From Scyliorhinus canicula (Eukaryota), in the NCBI RefSeq assembly GCF_902713615.1, contig NC_052146.1, forward strand, positions 69,583,238-69,647,237: a DNA stretch of 64,000 nt, written 5' to 3'. The notes beneath the pieces are model-generated. The model was not told the DNA's origin, did no database searches, and saw only the letters and a list, made by a program, of their open reading frames with translations. The position numbers were made by a program, and so were the translations under genes. The stretch's first letter is position 1, and each line of letters starts with the position of its first letter. Shown in pieces: positions 12,055 to 23,199 of this stretch.

Positions 12055-12377
12055 TCACATACAGCTGGACCTCTCTATGTTTCTTTTCAGCGGGTTCGCC
12101 GAAGTCTCGTGTTTGACCAGACAGGAGTAAAGCTCGTGTGAGTTCCACTCTGAGGCTGACAGAGTCAGATAGCTGCTCACACTGAACGTGTTGTCCGCCT
12201 CCTGCTGGATCCGACTGGTCTCAACCCCATTCCCTCTGACACTGCCGTCTACAGTCCATTCAATCTCCGCAGCTCCCGGGTTAAACCCGCTCACCAAACA
12301 CATCAGGGTCGCCGTGTTCTTTTCTTTGATTTGAACCGGTGACGGCGGGAGGAGGGAAACCAAGGGGGCCTGCAGCG
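12055..12377 (-). CDS. IGLC: Ig light chain constant exon (lambda-like/type II), gene 1, intact
   Basis: Acceptor TTTTTTTCCCAG. The C1-set Ig domain reads (P)LQAPLVSLLPPS..TATLMCLVSGFNPGAAEIEW..YSCLVKHE..SSCM*, with both core Cys, the Trp and the penultimate Cys for the H-L bond. Its phase matches the VJ donor. Confidence 0.96.
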
Positions 12378-13494
12378 CTGGGAAAAAAAGTAGAAACAAC
12401 ATGTGAAGATCTACTGCGAATCAGATGCAGTCACAATGCAACGATTGACATTCTCAATGTTTTTCCTATCTAACCGTGCAAGTTATATTTTGTAGAATGA
12501 GAGCTTCAAAATGTTCCTTCACGAATCACATGGAGTCCTTAGATCAAGAATACTAAGTAACATCCGGGACAAATTCCGAGGGCACCAAGCATTTCGAAAA
12601 ATGAAATTGACCGAATATTCAATCCTATTCATATTAAGACTCGAAGATCACGATTTTGTTTTCACTCCATTTTCGTTTTCTATTCAGTGCAAATTGCTCG
12701 GATTGCGGTGTAAATGTAATACCCCGCAGTGGCCACAAACTTTGTCCGATTATTACTATAATCAACAGCAGAGAAACAGATCATTCACTTGTGACAATAA
12801 GCGATTTTCATTTCATTTCATCAGGGCTGAACCGATATTTCTGCTTCACCGGAGTCGCCTCGCATTCTGCTTCGTCTAATTCTATCTGGCTTTCATTTGC
12901 CCCTCATACATTTGTTTAATTCTCCCCTAAAGACTCTAAGGCTGTTCTCCTCATCCACTTCATGTGATGACGAATTGCAAACATTCTCGGGGTAAATTGG
13001 GCTTCCCTATGTTACTTTATTCGGTCTATTAGTGGCTATGCAATATTTATAAATCATCTATTTAGACCAACACCAAATTGGAAATATATTTTCTACACCT
13101 ATGTTCCCAAACTCTTTAGTAATTCCATCGTGTTGTGTGAGGTCATCTTCCAGCTCTCATTTGCAAAGTTAAGTGCCCCGGTCTGTTCAATCTACAGTGC
13201 ACCAGTCCGGTTAACTTGTATTTCAATCGGTATGATTTGAACGCTGGAAGTACTAATGCCCCCGAACAGTCACACTCGACACACTATTTAATCTGAATGC
13301 TCCAGTTAGTTCAGCGTTTAGCTGCCTCTTTAAACGCGGAATCATCCGCTGTCGAAACGGCAGTTATTGCTACTTGTTTATGCAACAGCACCATATCATG
13401 TCTCACACATTGTACTTTGAAGCGCAGTGGCTCGTAAAAAAGCAAGAGTCTGTAAATAGCGATCCAGTTTCTTTTCCGGCAATGATAGAGGCGA

Positions 13495-16400
13495 TGGTGC
13501 TGGCGGGGTGTTCGGTGTATTGGTGGGGGTGGTGTGTTGGTGGAGTTGGGGCGGTGTGTTGGTGGGGGTGGCGGCGGTGAGTTGGTGAGGGTGGGGGTTA
13601 TGTGTTGCTGGGGTTGGGGTGGTGCGTTGGTTAGGGTGGGGTGAGGTGTTGGGGTGCTGTGCTGGTGTGGGTGGAGGCGTGGTGTTGGGAGTGGGGTGTT
13701 GGTGGAGGAGGGGGCGTTATGTTGATGGGGGTGGGTGTGGGGCAGTTTGTTGGTGAGATTGGGGTGGTGTGTTGGTGGGGGTGAGGTGAGGTGTTGGTGG
13801 GGTTGGGGTGGTGTGTTGGTGTGAGTGGGGGCGGTGTTGGTGGGATTGGGGTGGTGTGTTGGTGTGAGTAGGGGCGGTGTTGGTGGGGTTGGGGCAGTGT
13901 GTTGGTGGGGGTGAGGTGAGATGTTGGTGGGGTTGGGGTAGTGTGTTGGTGGGGGTGAGGTGGTGTGTTGGTGGGGGTGAGGTGAGCTGTTGGTGGGGTT
14001 GGGGTGGTGTGTTGGTGGGGGTGGGGTGGCGTGTTGGTGGGGTGAGGTGGCGTGTTGGTGGGGGTGAGGTGAGCTGTTGGTGGGGTTGGGGTGGTATGTT
14101 GGTGGGGGTGGGGTGGTGTGTTGGTGGGGGTGGGGTGGTGTGTTGGTGGGGATGGGGTGGTGTGTTGGTGAAGGTGGGGTGGTGTGTTGGTGGGGTGAGG
14201 TGAGCTGTTGGTGGGGTTGGGGTGGTGTGTTGGTGGGGGTGGGGTGGTGTGTTGGTGGGGTGAGGTGAGCTGTTGATGGGGGTGGGGGTGAGGTGTTGGT
14301 GTTGGGGCGGTGTGTTGGTGCCTTCACCAACACACCGGTGTTGGTGATGGGGGTGTTGGTGGGGTTTGGGGCGTGGTGTTGGGGATGGGGTGGTGTGTTG
14401 GTGTGAGTGGGGGCAGTGTTGGTGGGGGTGGGGCGCTGTGTTGGTGGGCGTGGGGCAGTGTTTTGCTGGGGGCTGGGGCATTGTGTTGCTGGGGGTTGGG
14501 GCATGGTGCGTGTGTTGGTAGGAGTGGAGGTGGTGTGTTGATGGGGACGGTATGTTGGTGGTGGCGGGGGCGGGTTGTTAGGGGTGGGGGCGGTGTGTTG
14601 GTGGGGGCGGTGTGCTGGTGGTGGTCGGGGTGATGTGTTGGTGGGGGTGCATGCAGTGTGTTGGTGGGGTTTGGAGCGTCGTGTTGAGGGTGGGGCTGGT
14701 GTTTTGGTGGGGATGAGGGCATGGTGCTGGTGGTGGTGAGGGCGGGGTGTTAGGGGTGAGGACGGGGTGTTGGTGGGGGTAAGGGTCGTGTGTTGGTGGG
14801 GGCGGGGGCGGTATGTTGGTGGGGGCGGTGTGTTGGTGGGGGTGGGGTGAGGTGTTGGTGTTGGGGCGGTGTGTTGGTGGGGGTGGGGGCAGTGTGTTGG
14901 TGGGGGTGCGGGCGGTGTGTTGGTGGGGGTGGATGCAGTGTGTTGGTGGGGTTTGGAGCTCGGTGTTGGGGGTGGGGCTGGTGTGTTGGCAGGGATGGTG
15001 TGTTGGTGGAGTTGGGGCGATGTAATGGTGGGGGTGGCAGCGGTGTGTTGGTGAGGGTGGGGGTGATGTGTTGGTGGGGGTGGTGTGTTGGTGGGGTGAG
15101 GTGTTGGGGCAGTGTGTTGGTGAGGGTGGGCGTGATGTGTTGCTGGGGTTGGGGGTGCATTGGTTGGGGTGGGGTTAAGTATTGGTGGGCGTGGGGTGAA
15201 GCGTTGGTGTTGGGTGTGAGGTGAGGTGAGGTGTTGGTGGAATTGGGGAGGTGTGTTGTGGAGGTGGGGCTGAGGTGTTGGTGTTGGTGTGGTGTGTTGG
15301 TGGGGGTGGGCCGGTGTGTTGGTGGGGATGGATGCAGTGTGTTGGTGGGGTTTGGAGCGTGGTGTTGAGGGTGGGGCTGGTGTGTTGGTGGGGATGAGGG
15401 TGGGGTTCTGGTGGGGGTGAGGGCAGGGTGTTGGTTGGGGTGAGGGCGGGGTGTTGGTGGGGGTGAGGGCGGGGTGTTGGTGGGGGTGGGGGTGGTATGT
15501 TGGTGGAGTTGGGGCGATGTGATCATGGGGGGCGGCGGTGTGTTGGTGAGGGTGGGCGTGATGTGTTGCTGGGGTTGGGGGTGCGTTGGTTGGGGTGGGG
15601 TGAAGTATTGGTGGGCGTGGGGTGAAGCGTTGGTGTTGGGTGTGAGGTGAGGTGTTGGTGGAGTTGGGGAGGTGTGTTGTGGAGGTGGGGCTGAGGTGTT
15701 GGTGTGTTGTGTTGATGGGGTGGGTCGGTGTGTTGCTTGGGGTTGGTGCCTGTTGTTGGGTGCTGGGGTGATGGCGGGGTGTGTGTTGGTGGGGGTGGGG
15801 ACAGTGTGTTTGTGGTGGTATGGTGGCATGTTGGGGGAGGTGTGTTGGTGAGGGTGGAGTGTTGGTGGGGGCGTGCGTTGGAGGTGGGGGCGGTGTTGGT
15901 GGGGGTGGGTCGGTGTATTGGTGGGGGTGGAGCTGGTGTGTTGGGGCAGTGTGTTGGTGGGCTGGTGTGTTGGTGGTGGTGGGAGTGGTGTGTTGGGGTG
16001 GGGGTGGTGTGTTTGTGGGGGGTGGGAGCAGTGTGTTGGTGGGGGTTGTGTGTTGGGGCGGTGTGTTGGTGGGGGCGGTGTGTTGGTGGTTGTGGGGGTG
16101 CTGTGTTGGTGGGAGTGGTGTGTTGGGGTGGGGGTGGTGGGTTTGTGGGGGTGGGGGCAGTGTGTTGGTGGGGGTGGGGGTTGTGTGTTGGGGCGGTGTG
16201 TTGGTGGGGCGGTCTATTGGTGGGGGTGGGGGCGCTGTGTTGGTGAGGGTGGATGTGGTGTGTTGCCGGTGATGTATTGGTGGGGGTGGGGCGGTGTGTT
16301 GGTGGGGTGGAGCTGGTGTGTTGGTGGTGTTGGGGCTGCTGAGTTGGTGGGGTGGGACTGGGTGTTGCTGGGGTGGGAGACGAGGTATTCAGTGTGTTGG

Positions 16401-16530
16401 GGTGGGTGGGGATGGGGCGTTGGTGGGGATGTAGGCATTGTGCTGGTGGGGGTGGAGTGTTGATGGGGTGGGGGCGAGGTGTTGGTGGGGGCGTTGGTGG
16501 GGGAGAGGTGTTGGTGGGGCTGGGGGCGGG
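13495..16530. repeat. About 3-kb G/T-rich variable minisatellite (GGTGTGTTGGTGGGG core) in the J-C intron
   Basis: The plus strand is dominated by G and T. Longer internal duplications exist, e.g. ~15115-15290 versus ~15540-15710. Confidence 0.95.
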
Positions 16531-18500
16531 TTTGTAATTGGGTGGGCGCGGTGAGTGAGTTGCTGTTTGTTCGCTCGAGCTGTGATTTTTAAACTAAATT
16601 TCCAAAGTTGCAAATAGATTCCGAACTTCCCATTGAACCTGGGATCTCTATTTCTGGCATCATGCAAAGGAAAACACTAAGCATCATGCTGGACTCCCGC
16701 AATATCAATATTCACCGTTATTGGGGAATTCAGAACAGCGAGACAAGATTTTGTAATAAATGCTCGACAATTAAGGAGTGAAATCAGGAAGCACGTTTTC
16801 ACAAAAAGTCTGATGGAAATGTGAAAGGGTTGGTCCCGGGACGGTAGTGATTATTCGGTATGTTGGGATTTTCTGACGAAGGTTGTTAGATTTTTTCCAG
16901 GGTAACATTGTAAATGGTCTCGGCAAACAATGGAGTTCAGTAGAGCGTGGAGGCATGTTGGTGATCAAACTGAATGGTGGGGCCAGCTGAAAAAATCTTT
17001 TCCTGTTCTAATGTAATCTCCGGAGAGGAGATTGAAACCAAAATGAGCCGATCGGAACATAAGAACTGGCTGGTCAGCCGGACGAATAAATAGTTTGAAG
17101 GTGTAATCTGCCGCTTTGTTCAAATAATTTCCGAAATGTAACTTGCAACGGAGGCAACATTCAAATATCCCAATCCTTTGCTGACTCGTCATTCATTTAC
17201 AGGGTTTTTCACCTGTAAAAAACTTTTTACTCAGAAGTCATATATTTTGCAAACAGGAGTAAAAATTTGATCACTGATTTGATTTCATATAAAATTAATT
17301 TAATTTGAAGGGGCGGGTCTCTCACTGGTTCTAAAGTCTGCGCGGGATCTCCGCTTGATGTGTTTTACAATGCTACATGCACACACAGGAAAGACGGGGA
17401 CGGAGTATCTGACCGTTAAGTGCAGAGGAACTCCAGTTTTGCAACCTCCATACAGCAATCTCCCCTGTGAGCACAAAGGCGAAAACCCTGTCCAGTTGTA
17501 GGAAATATTTTTTTCGGACCTCTTTACGGCGTTCAACCAATCTCTCTGAGATTAAAAATACCCAGGAAGTATCATTTAATCAAATTCAACTAATCTCTCT
17601 GCCGGTAATATAGTATAGTTTCCTTAAAAACATTGAACCAGACAAAACAGAAATTTTCCGATTGTTGCGATTCGCTTTTCCCGCCTGGAGCGCACTCTCC
17701 CCTGCGGGTTTCTTGGACGGCGTGGGATGGTTTCAATGGAAAATCTCACCTTCATGGATCAGTCCGCCGCCGAGAAATACGCGGCTAGGGATCCGGGGAA
17801 TCAAATCACCGCCCATAAAGTCCCCGTGGGGCAACAATCCACTATTTCCATTTTATCTCTGATATTCTCAATACCCCGGTTCCAAAAAGGAACATTGGTT
17901 TCTTAAAAGGTATATTAAAATTTGGAAACAAATCGATCCATGATTGTCATTTATTACTTACCAGTGAGGTTATGAATATATAATCAAAATGAACCATAAA
18001 GTCGAAAATAATGCGCTCACTGAAACATTTCCGCTGAGTTTTAAGAGCAATAATTGTTCCCAGAAAGCACACTCGCTCCGGGTCCCTGATTCGGACCATT
18101 CAATGTTCCCAAGTTTGAGAATTATAAAATATTTCACGCTTAATGAGTTTACAAACTTGGACGAGAGGCGCAGGTTTAAGTGAATGACAAGTAGCCACAT
18201 CTGTTCATTACCGACTCATGCAGATTGACAATGAATATCTAATAAAACAGTAACAAGTTCATCTACACCCCGGGTCCCTCTAAGGGATATTCTGAAGACT
18301 TTAGAAAGCTATTTTTGTGCGACATTATCTGGTGCATTTGGCAAACAAAATAGAAAAGCACTTCTGTCTCCACATCGGCGATATAATGAAGCAATGATTA
18401 ATTTATGCTCCAAAAGTGTTTCTCTGTTACTGGACAAATCGAGAACTTCAGATCTTAAAATTCAATAGCCTCTGATGTAAATCATGAAAATTGTACTTAC

Positions 18501-18851
18501 GGCGCACATTGAGTTTGGTTCCTCTCCCGAAAGTGAATCCCCCATGAGTGTAATCCCAGGCAGCACAATAATAATCGGCGACATCCTGGACATTTGCATT
18601 GGCGATGGTTAGGTGCATAAGGTTATTCGATGTGATCCTGGACCCAGTGATTCGGGAAGGAATCTCCGAACCTCTGCGCGAAGCATAATCATTCCAAACA
18701 TAGACAGGGACACTGCCGGTTTTCTGTCGATACCAGGTCGTGTGGTATTTGTCCATGCTGCCTCCGGACAGAACGCAAGTGATTGCGACGGTTTCCTCAA
18801 GTGAAGTTGAGATGGACGCGGGCTGAGTTAGCACAGGGCCGGCGTTGGTAC
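18501..18851 (-). CDS. IGLV: Germline-joined VJ exon, Ig light chain gene 1, intact
   Basis: Acceptor TTTCTCTAG. It reads TNAGPVLTQP..ITC..WYRQ..DYYC-AAWDYTHGGFT-FGRGTKLNVR, then a GTAAGT donor. V and J are continuous and in frame with no RSS or spacer. Confidence 0.96.
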
Positions 18852-18998
18852 CTAGAGAAATACAAAGTAATTGTTTAGCGACCATTCGGGAAAGAGTGCG
18901 GAATAATTATAATTCAGATCCAACCAGGTCAAACACTGCACCACCCGATCAACGAAATGCAAACAGGTGTTTTAAAGCTTTTCCAGCCCCGTACTCAC

Positions 18999-19047
18999 AT
19001 TGCAAACAAAGCGCCAGGGCGGCGAGAACACGGAGCCACTCACTCAT
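18999..19047 (-). CDS. IGLV: Leader exon of Ig light chain gene 1
   Basis: ATG..MSEWLRVLAALALCLQ plus 1 nt, then a GTGAGT donor and a 147-nt intron. L+VJ+C = 49+351+323 = 723 nt, i.e. 240 aa plus stop. Confidence 0.92.
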
Positions 19048-19119
19048 CTTGTAGATTATTATCAAGGTCAGAACAAAATATTTCCTTCCTCGAACCTAAT
19101 AATTCGGCAGCTCCTAAAC

Positions 19120-19177
19120 CTCCTTTAAAACATTTACCCGACCGGATATCACGTTCGCGCCTATGGTATATGCAAAA
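19120..19177 (-). promoter_or_regulatory. V promoter of gene 1: imperfect octamer TTTTGCAT (19177-19170) and TATA-like TTTTAAAG
   Basis: Position and order mirror the perfect octamer and TTAAAG upstream of gene 2. Confidence 0.5.
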
Positions 19178-19986
19178 TTCTAGCACGTCTCGGCTGTTTA
19201 TTGGATGCTTGGGATTGGTCTGATTGATGTTTGTAAAAATTAATCCCATGCATTTTTAATAGCAGACTGAATAACATGCTGAGACTGTTGAGGAGAAATC
19301 GCATTGCCCTCCTTACCATCTGACACTGATTGAGTTCCTATGAAATTCTATTGGTTGCGAATTAACAAATATTATACTATTTACAATCTGTTGCATTGAG
19401 AGTCAGTTGAAATTAGCGCAAACCGGAAGAGGAACATTACGCAGTGCAATTTTATCGAATGCGCCTTTGAGGAACTGAGCATTGTTCAATTGAAAGAGAG
19501 ATCAAGCTACATTGCAGAGGAGGCTACGAGCAAACCGTTTTGCATGTCGCGTATCTCCTTCTTCAAACCTCCGAGATTTCGATTTCCCTTCATTTTAAGA
19601 TTCAACGCCCCGAAGAGTCATTCATTTTACAGTTAACAGCACCAAGATAACAGACTGTAAATAGGGAGAAACACAGAATTATTACGGCGCGGAAGGGGAA
19701 TATTCGCCCCAGCGGGTCTGTAATGTTCTCAAAATGAGCAATATGACTTAGTGCCATTCGGCTACACCTGAGCCGTACCCTTGCACACAGTTTCCATTCA
19801 AATAATAACCTAATGCCACCTCGAATGCATCGATTGAACCTGTTCCCACCACATTTCCAGACAGTGCATTCCGCACCCCAACCACTCGTTCTGTGAAAAC
19901 AATTCTCTCATCACGTTTGCATTTTTTTTTTGCACATCATTTTTGAAGCAAAGAAATGTTACGGCGCAGCACTAGATCTTTCACCA

Positions 19987-20208
19987 CAGCACGGTAGCAC
20001 AAGTGGATAGCACTGTGGCTTTACAGCGCCAGGGTCCCAGGTTCGATTCCCCGCTGGGTTACTGTCTGCGGAGTCTGCACATTTTCCCCGTGTCTGCGTG
20101 GGTTTCCTCCGGATGCTCCGGTTTCCTCCCACAGTCCAAAGACGTGCAGGTTAGGTGGATTGGCGGTGATAAATTGCCCTTAGTGACCAAAAAGGTTAGG
20201 AGGGGTTA
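19987..20208 (+). mobile_element. V-SINE
   Basis: tRNA-like head (GGTTCGATTCC B box) and the V-domain core. Confidence 0.85.
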
Positions 20209-20209
20209 A

Positions 20210-21600
20210 TTTCAATCCAATCTTCTGTGGCCGTGTACCGTTTAAATAAATTGCGCGTTTCCGCCTCAACCACCAACATAGGCAGTGAATTTCAGGTGAC
20301 AACCACCCTCTGGGAGAAAGAACGTTTCCCCAATACCCTTCTCGTTCTTCTACTAATCTATCTCCCTTGGTACTTGACCCGTCAACTAGGGGAACACGCA
20401 TTTCCTGTCTACCCTGTCTATGTCCCTCATGATTACGTACACCTCAATTAGGTCACCCCCTAGCTTCCTCAGGTCTAAAGAAAACAACGCCAGCCAAGCT
20501 CTTCTAGTAGCTGGAATTTTCAAACCCTGACAACATTCTGACAAATCTCCTCTGCACACTCTCCAGTTAAGTTATGTCCTTCTTGTAATGTGCTGGCCAG
20601 AACTGTACACAAAACTTCAGCTATGGTCGAACCAGTGTTTTATACAGTTCCATCATTACATCCCTGTTTTTGTATTCAACCCCTCGCCCAGTATAGGAGA
20701 GCATTCCACAGCTTAGTTGCAAAGATCTGAAAACACAAAGGGCAAAGGTCTGAAATTGCTGAACTCAATGTTTAGTCCCAAAAGCTATAAAGTCCGTAAT
20801 CAGAGGATGAGGTCCTGTTCCTCGATTATAAGAACATAGGAATTATGCACAAAAGAAGACAATTCAGCCCTTCGACCACCTACACCATTCAATCAGATGA
20901 TAGCTGATTTCTTCCTGGTCTTAAATCCACCTCCCTGCCTGCCCACATATCCCTTTAACCCTTTTTTATCGGAAATATATCTGCCTCCTTCTTGAAATCA
21001 TTTAATGATAAAGACTCCACCGCACAATGCACAGAGAGTTCCATAAATTCACCATCCTCTGCGAGTAGTTCCTCCTCATCTCAATTCTAAATCTACCGCC
21101 TCTCAACTTATATCTGTGAACTCTCATTCTAGATTTCCCTACAAGGGGTAACATTTGGTGTAACTTTACTTTATCAATCTCTTTTAGTATTTATATATCT
21201 CGATAAGATCCTCTCTCATCCAGTGAGTATAAGCCCAAACTGTTTAACCTCCCCTCATACATTAAACCTTTCATCCCCAGAATCAATCTGGCGAACCTCC
21301 TCTGAACTGCCTCCAATACCACCACATCCTTCCTCAAATACGGAGTCCAAAACTGGACACACTACTCCAGATGTGGTCTCACCAACACCCTATACAATTG
21401 CAACAACACTTTTGTACTCCAGTCCTTTTACAATAAACCCTGGCATTCCATTTGCCTTTTTAATTACATGCTGTACCTGCATACCAACTTTCTGCGATTG
21501 ATGAACAAAGAAACCCAGATCCCTCTGCCCAGACATAGTTTGAATCTGCTTTCCATTTAGATAATAATTTGCCTTTTTTCGGCCAAAGTGGATAATTACA
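20210..21600 (-). mobile_element. Degenerate CR1 3' fragments
   Basis: Reverse frames give QRDLGFFVHQSQKVGMQVQHVIKKANGM and HLE*CVQFW; similar to 39560-40260. Confidence 0.7.
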
Positions 21601-21750
21601 TCTTGAGTTTCATTGTAAAACACAGCAGGAGGCCGAAGAGACAAGACCAATTAGCAGGAGCAAAAGATGAAGATTTAAAGTGACAGACGACCAAAAGTGT
21701 TTGGTTTCCCAGTACAATGAGTAAACAGTGACAAACTCTGCCATGAGTGC

Positions 21751-23192
21751 TTTGACAAAGAATCATCGGACTCAAAACGTTAGCTCTTTTCTCTCCCTAC
21801 AGATGCTGCCAGACCTGCTGAGATTTTCCAGCATTTTCCCTTTAGTTTCAGATTCCAGCATCCGCAGTAATTTGCTTTTATGAGTAAACAGTATTGTGAG
21901 CAGCGAATACAGTATATTAAACTAAACAAGTCCAAGTCAACAGTAATTTCACAAGGACGGAGTATGCGGGGCCTTGAGTGGTGAGTAAAGAGGAGGTGAA
22001 AGTTTTCCTCAACCGTGATTTCCCACCTACAGTTGTTGACAGGGCCCTCAACAATGTGCGGTCCATCTCCCGCACCACTAGCCTCACCCCATCCCCTCCA
22101 TCCCAGACAAAGGGTAGAGTCTCCCTTGTTCTCACATTTCACCCCACCAGCCTTCTTATGCAAAGCATAATCCTCCGCCATTTTCGCCAACTCCAGCGTG
22201 ATGCCACCACCAAACACATCTTCCCTTCATTCCTTCTGTCAGCATTCTGCAGAGACCATTCCTTCCGAGATAATCTAGTCCACTCCTCCACCAGACCCAA
22301 TACCGCTCCCATCACCCATGGCACCTTCCCATGTAATCACAGAAGGTGTAACACTGCCCGTTTGCTTCTTCCATGCTTAACATCCGAGGCCCAAAACACT
22401 CATTCCAGGTTCAGCAGCGTTTCACTTGCACCTCTTTCAATTTGGTCTATTGCATTTGCTGCTCCCAATGTGGTCTCCGCTATACCAAACGTAGACTGGG
22501 TGATCACTTTGCTGAGCACATTCAGTCTCTACGCATTCAGGGCCCTGACGTTCCCGTTGCTTGTCATTTTAACACAAGACCCTGCTCCCATGCCCACATG
22601 CCTGTCCTTGGCCTGCTGCAATGTTCCTGTGAAGCTCAACGCCAACTGGAGGAGCAACAGCTCATCCTGAGGTTAGACACGCTACAGCCTTCCGGTCTCA
22701 ATATCGAATTCAACAACTTCAGATGATTATCTCTGCCCCACCTCAACCCATTTGTTTTCATCCCATTTCATTGTAACTGTCTTTTGCCATTTCTTTCTTT
22801 CTTGTCTTTCTTTTATCCCCTCCCCCCATCCGATCCACTTTTCCTTACCCTTTCTCCCCCTTGCTTATCCCTTCCCCTCCCCCCACATCTACATCTGTCA
22901 CAGTTTACCCTCTGATGTTAGTTTCTCTGCTGTTTGGCCTTTCACACATTTTGCTCTCTCTGGGGTCTGCCATTAACACTCTTTCCCCTTGGTTTCTGTG
23001 GCTATAAGTATTCGGTTTCCCTGGGTTTCTGTGGTTATGACTCATCTTTCATTCTCACTGCACAGTATAAATATTTCCCACTTTCTGTCTTTTAGCTTTG
23101 ACAAAGGGTCATCTGGAGCCGAAACATTAGCTCCTTTATCTCCCTACCGATGCTGCCAGATCTGCTGAGACTTCCCAGCATTTTCCCTTTGG
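21751..23192 (+). mobile_element. Penelope-like retroelement: end of RT, GIY-YIG endonuclease and pseudo-LTRs at both ends
   Basis: Broken frames read FLNRDFPPTVVDRAL..HGTFPCNHRRCNT and FTCTSFNLVYCICCSQCG..RRLGDHFAEH..QPSGLNIEFNNF. pLTR copies lie at 21751-21880 and 23097-23192. Confidence 0.85.
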
Positions 23193-23199
23193 TGAAAGG

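Noticed and set aside
13311-16667. Long Pro/His/Thr-rich or Val/Gly/Trp-rich ORFs resembling mucin or extensin
   Set aside because: They are translations of an intronic G/T minisatellite that is open in several frames on both strands.
18852-18885. ORF-track start MVAKQLLCISL for the V gene
   Set aside because: It lies in the leader intron; the true start is the leader exon at 19047.
19987-20060. tRNA genes
   Set aside because: The A/B-box heads run straight into SINE bodies, and no full cloverleaf is evident.
21978-22726. Host GIY-YIG nuclease gene
   Set aside because: It is frameshifted, preceded by Penelope RT sequence and flanked by pLTRs.
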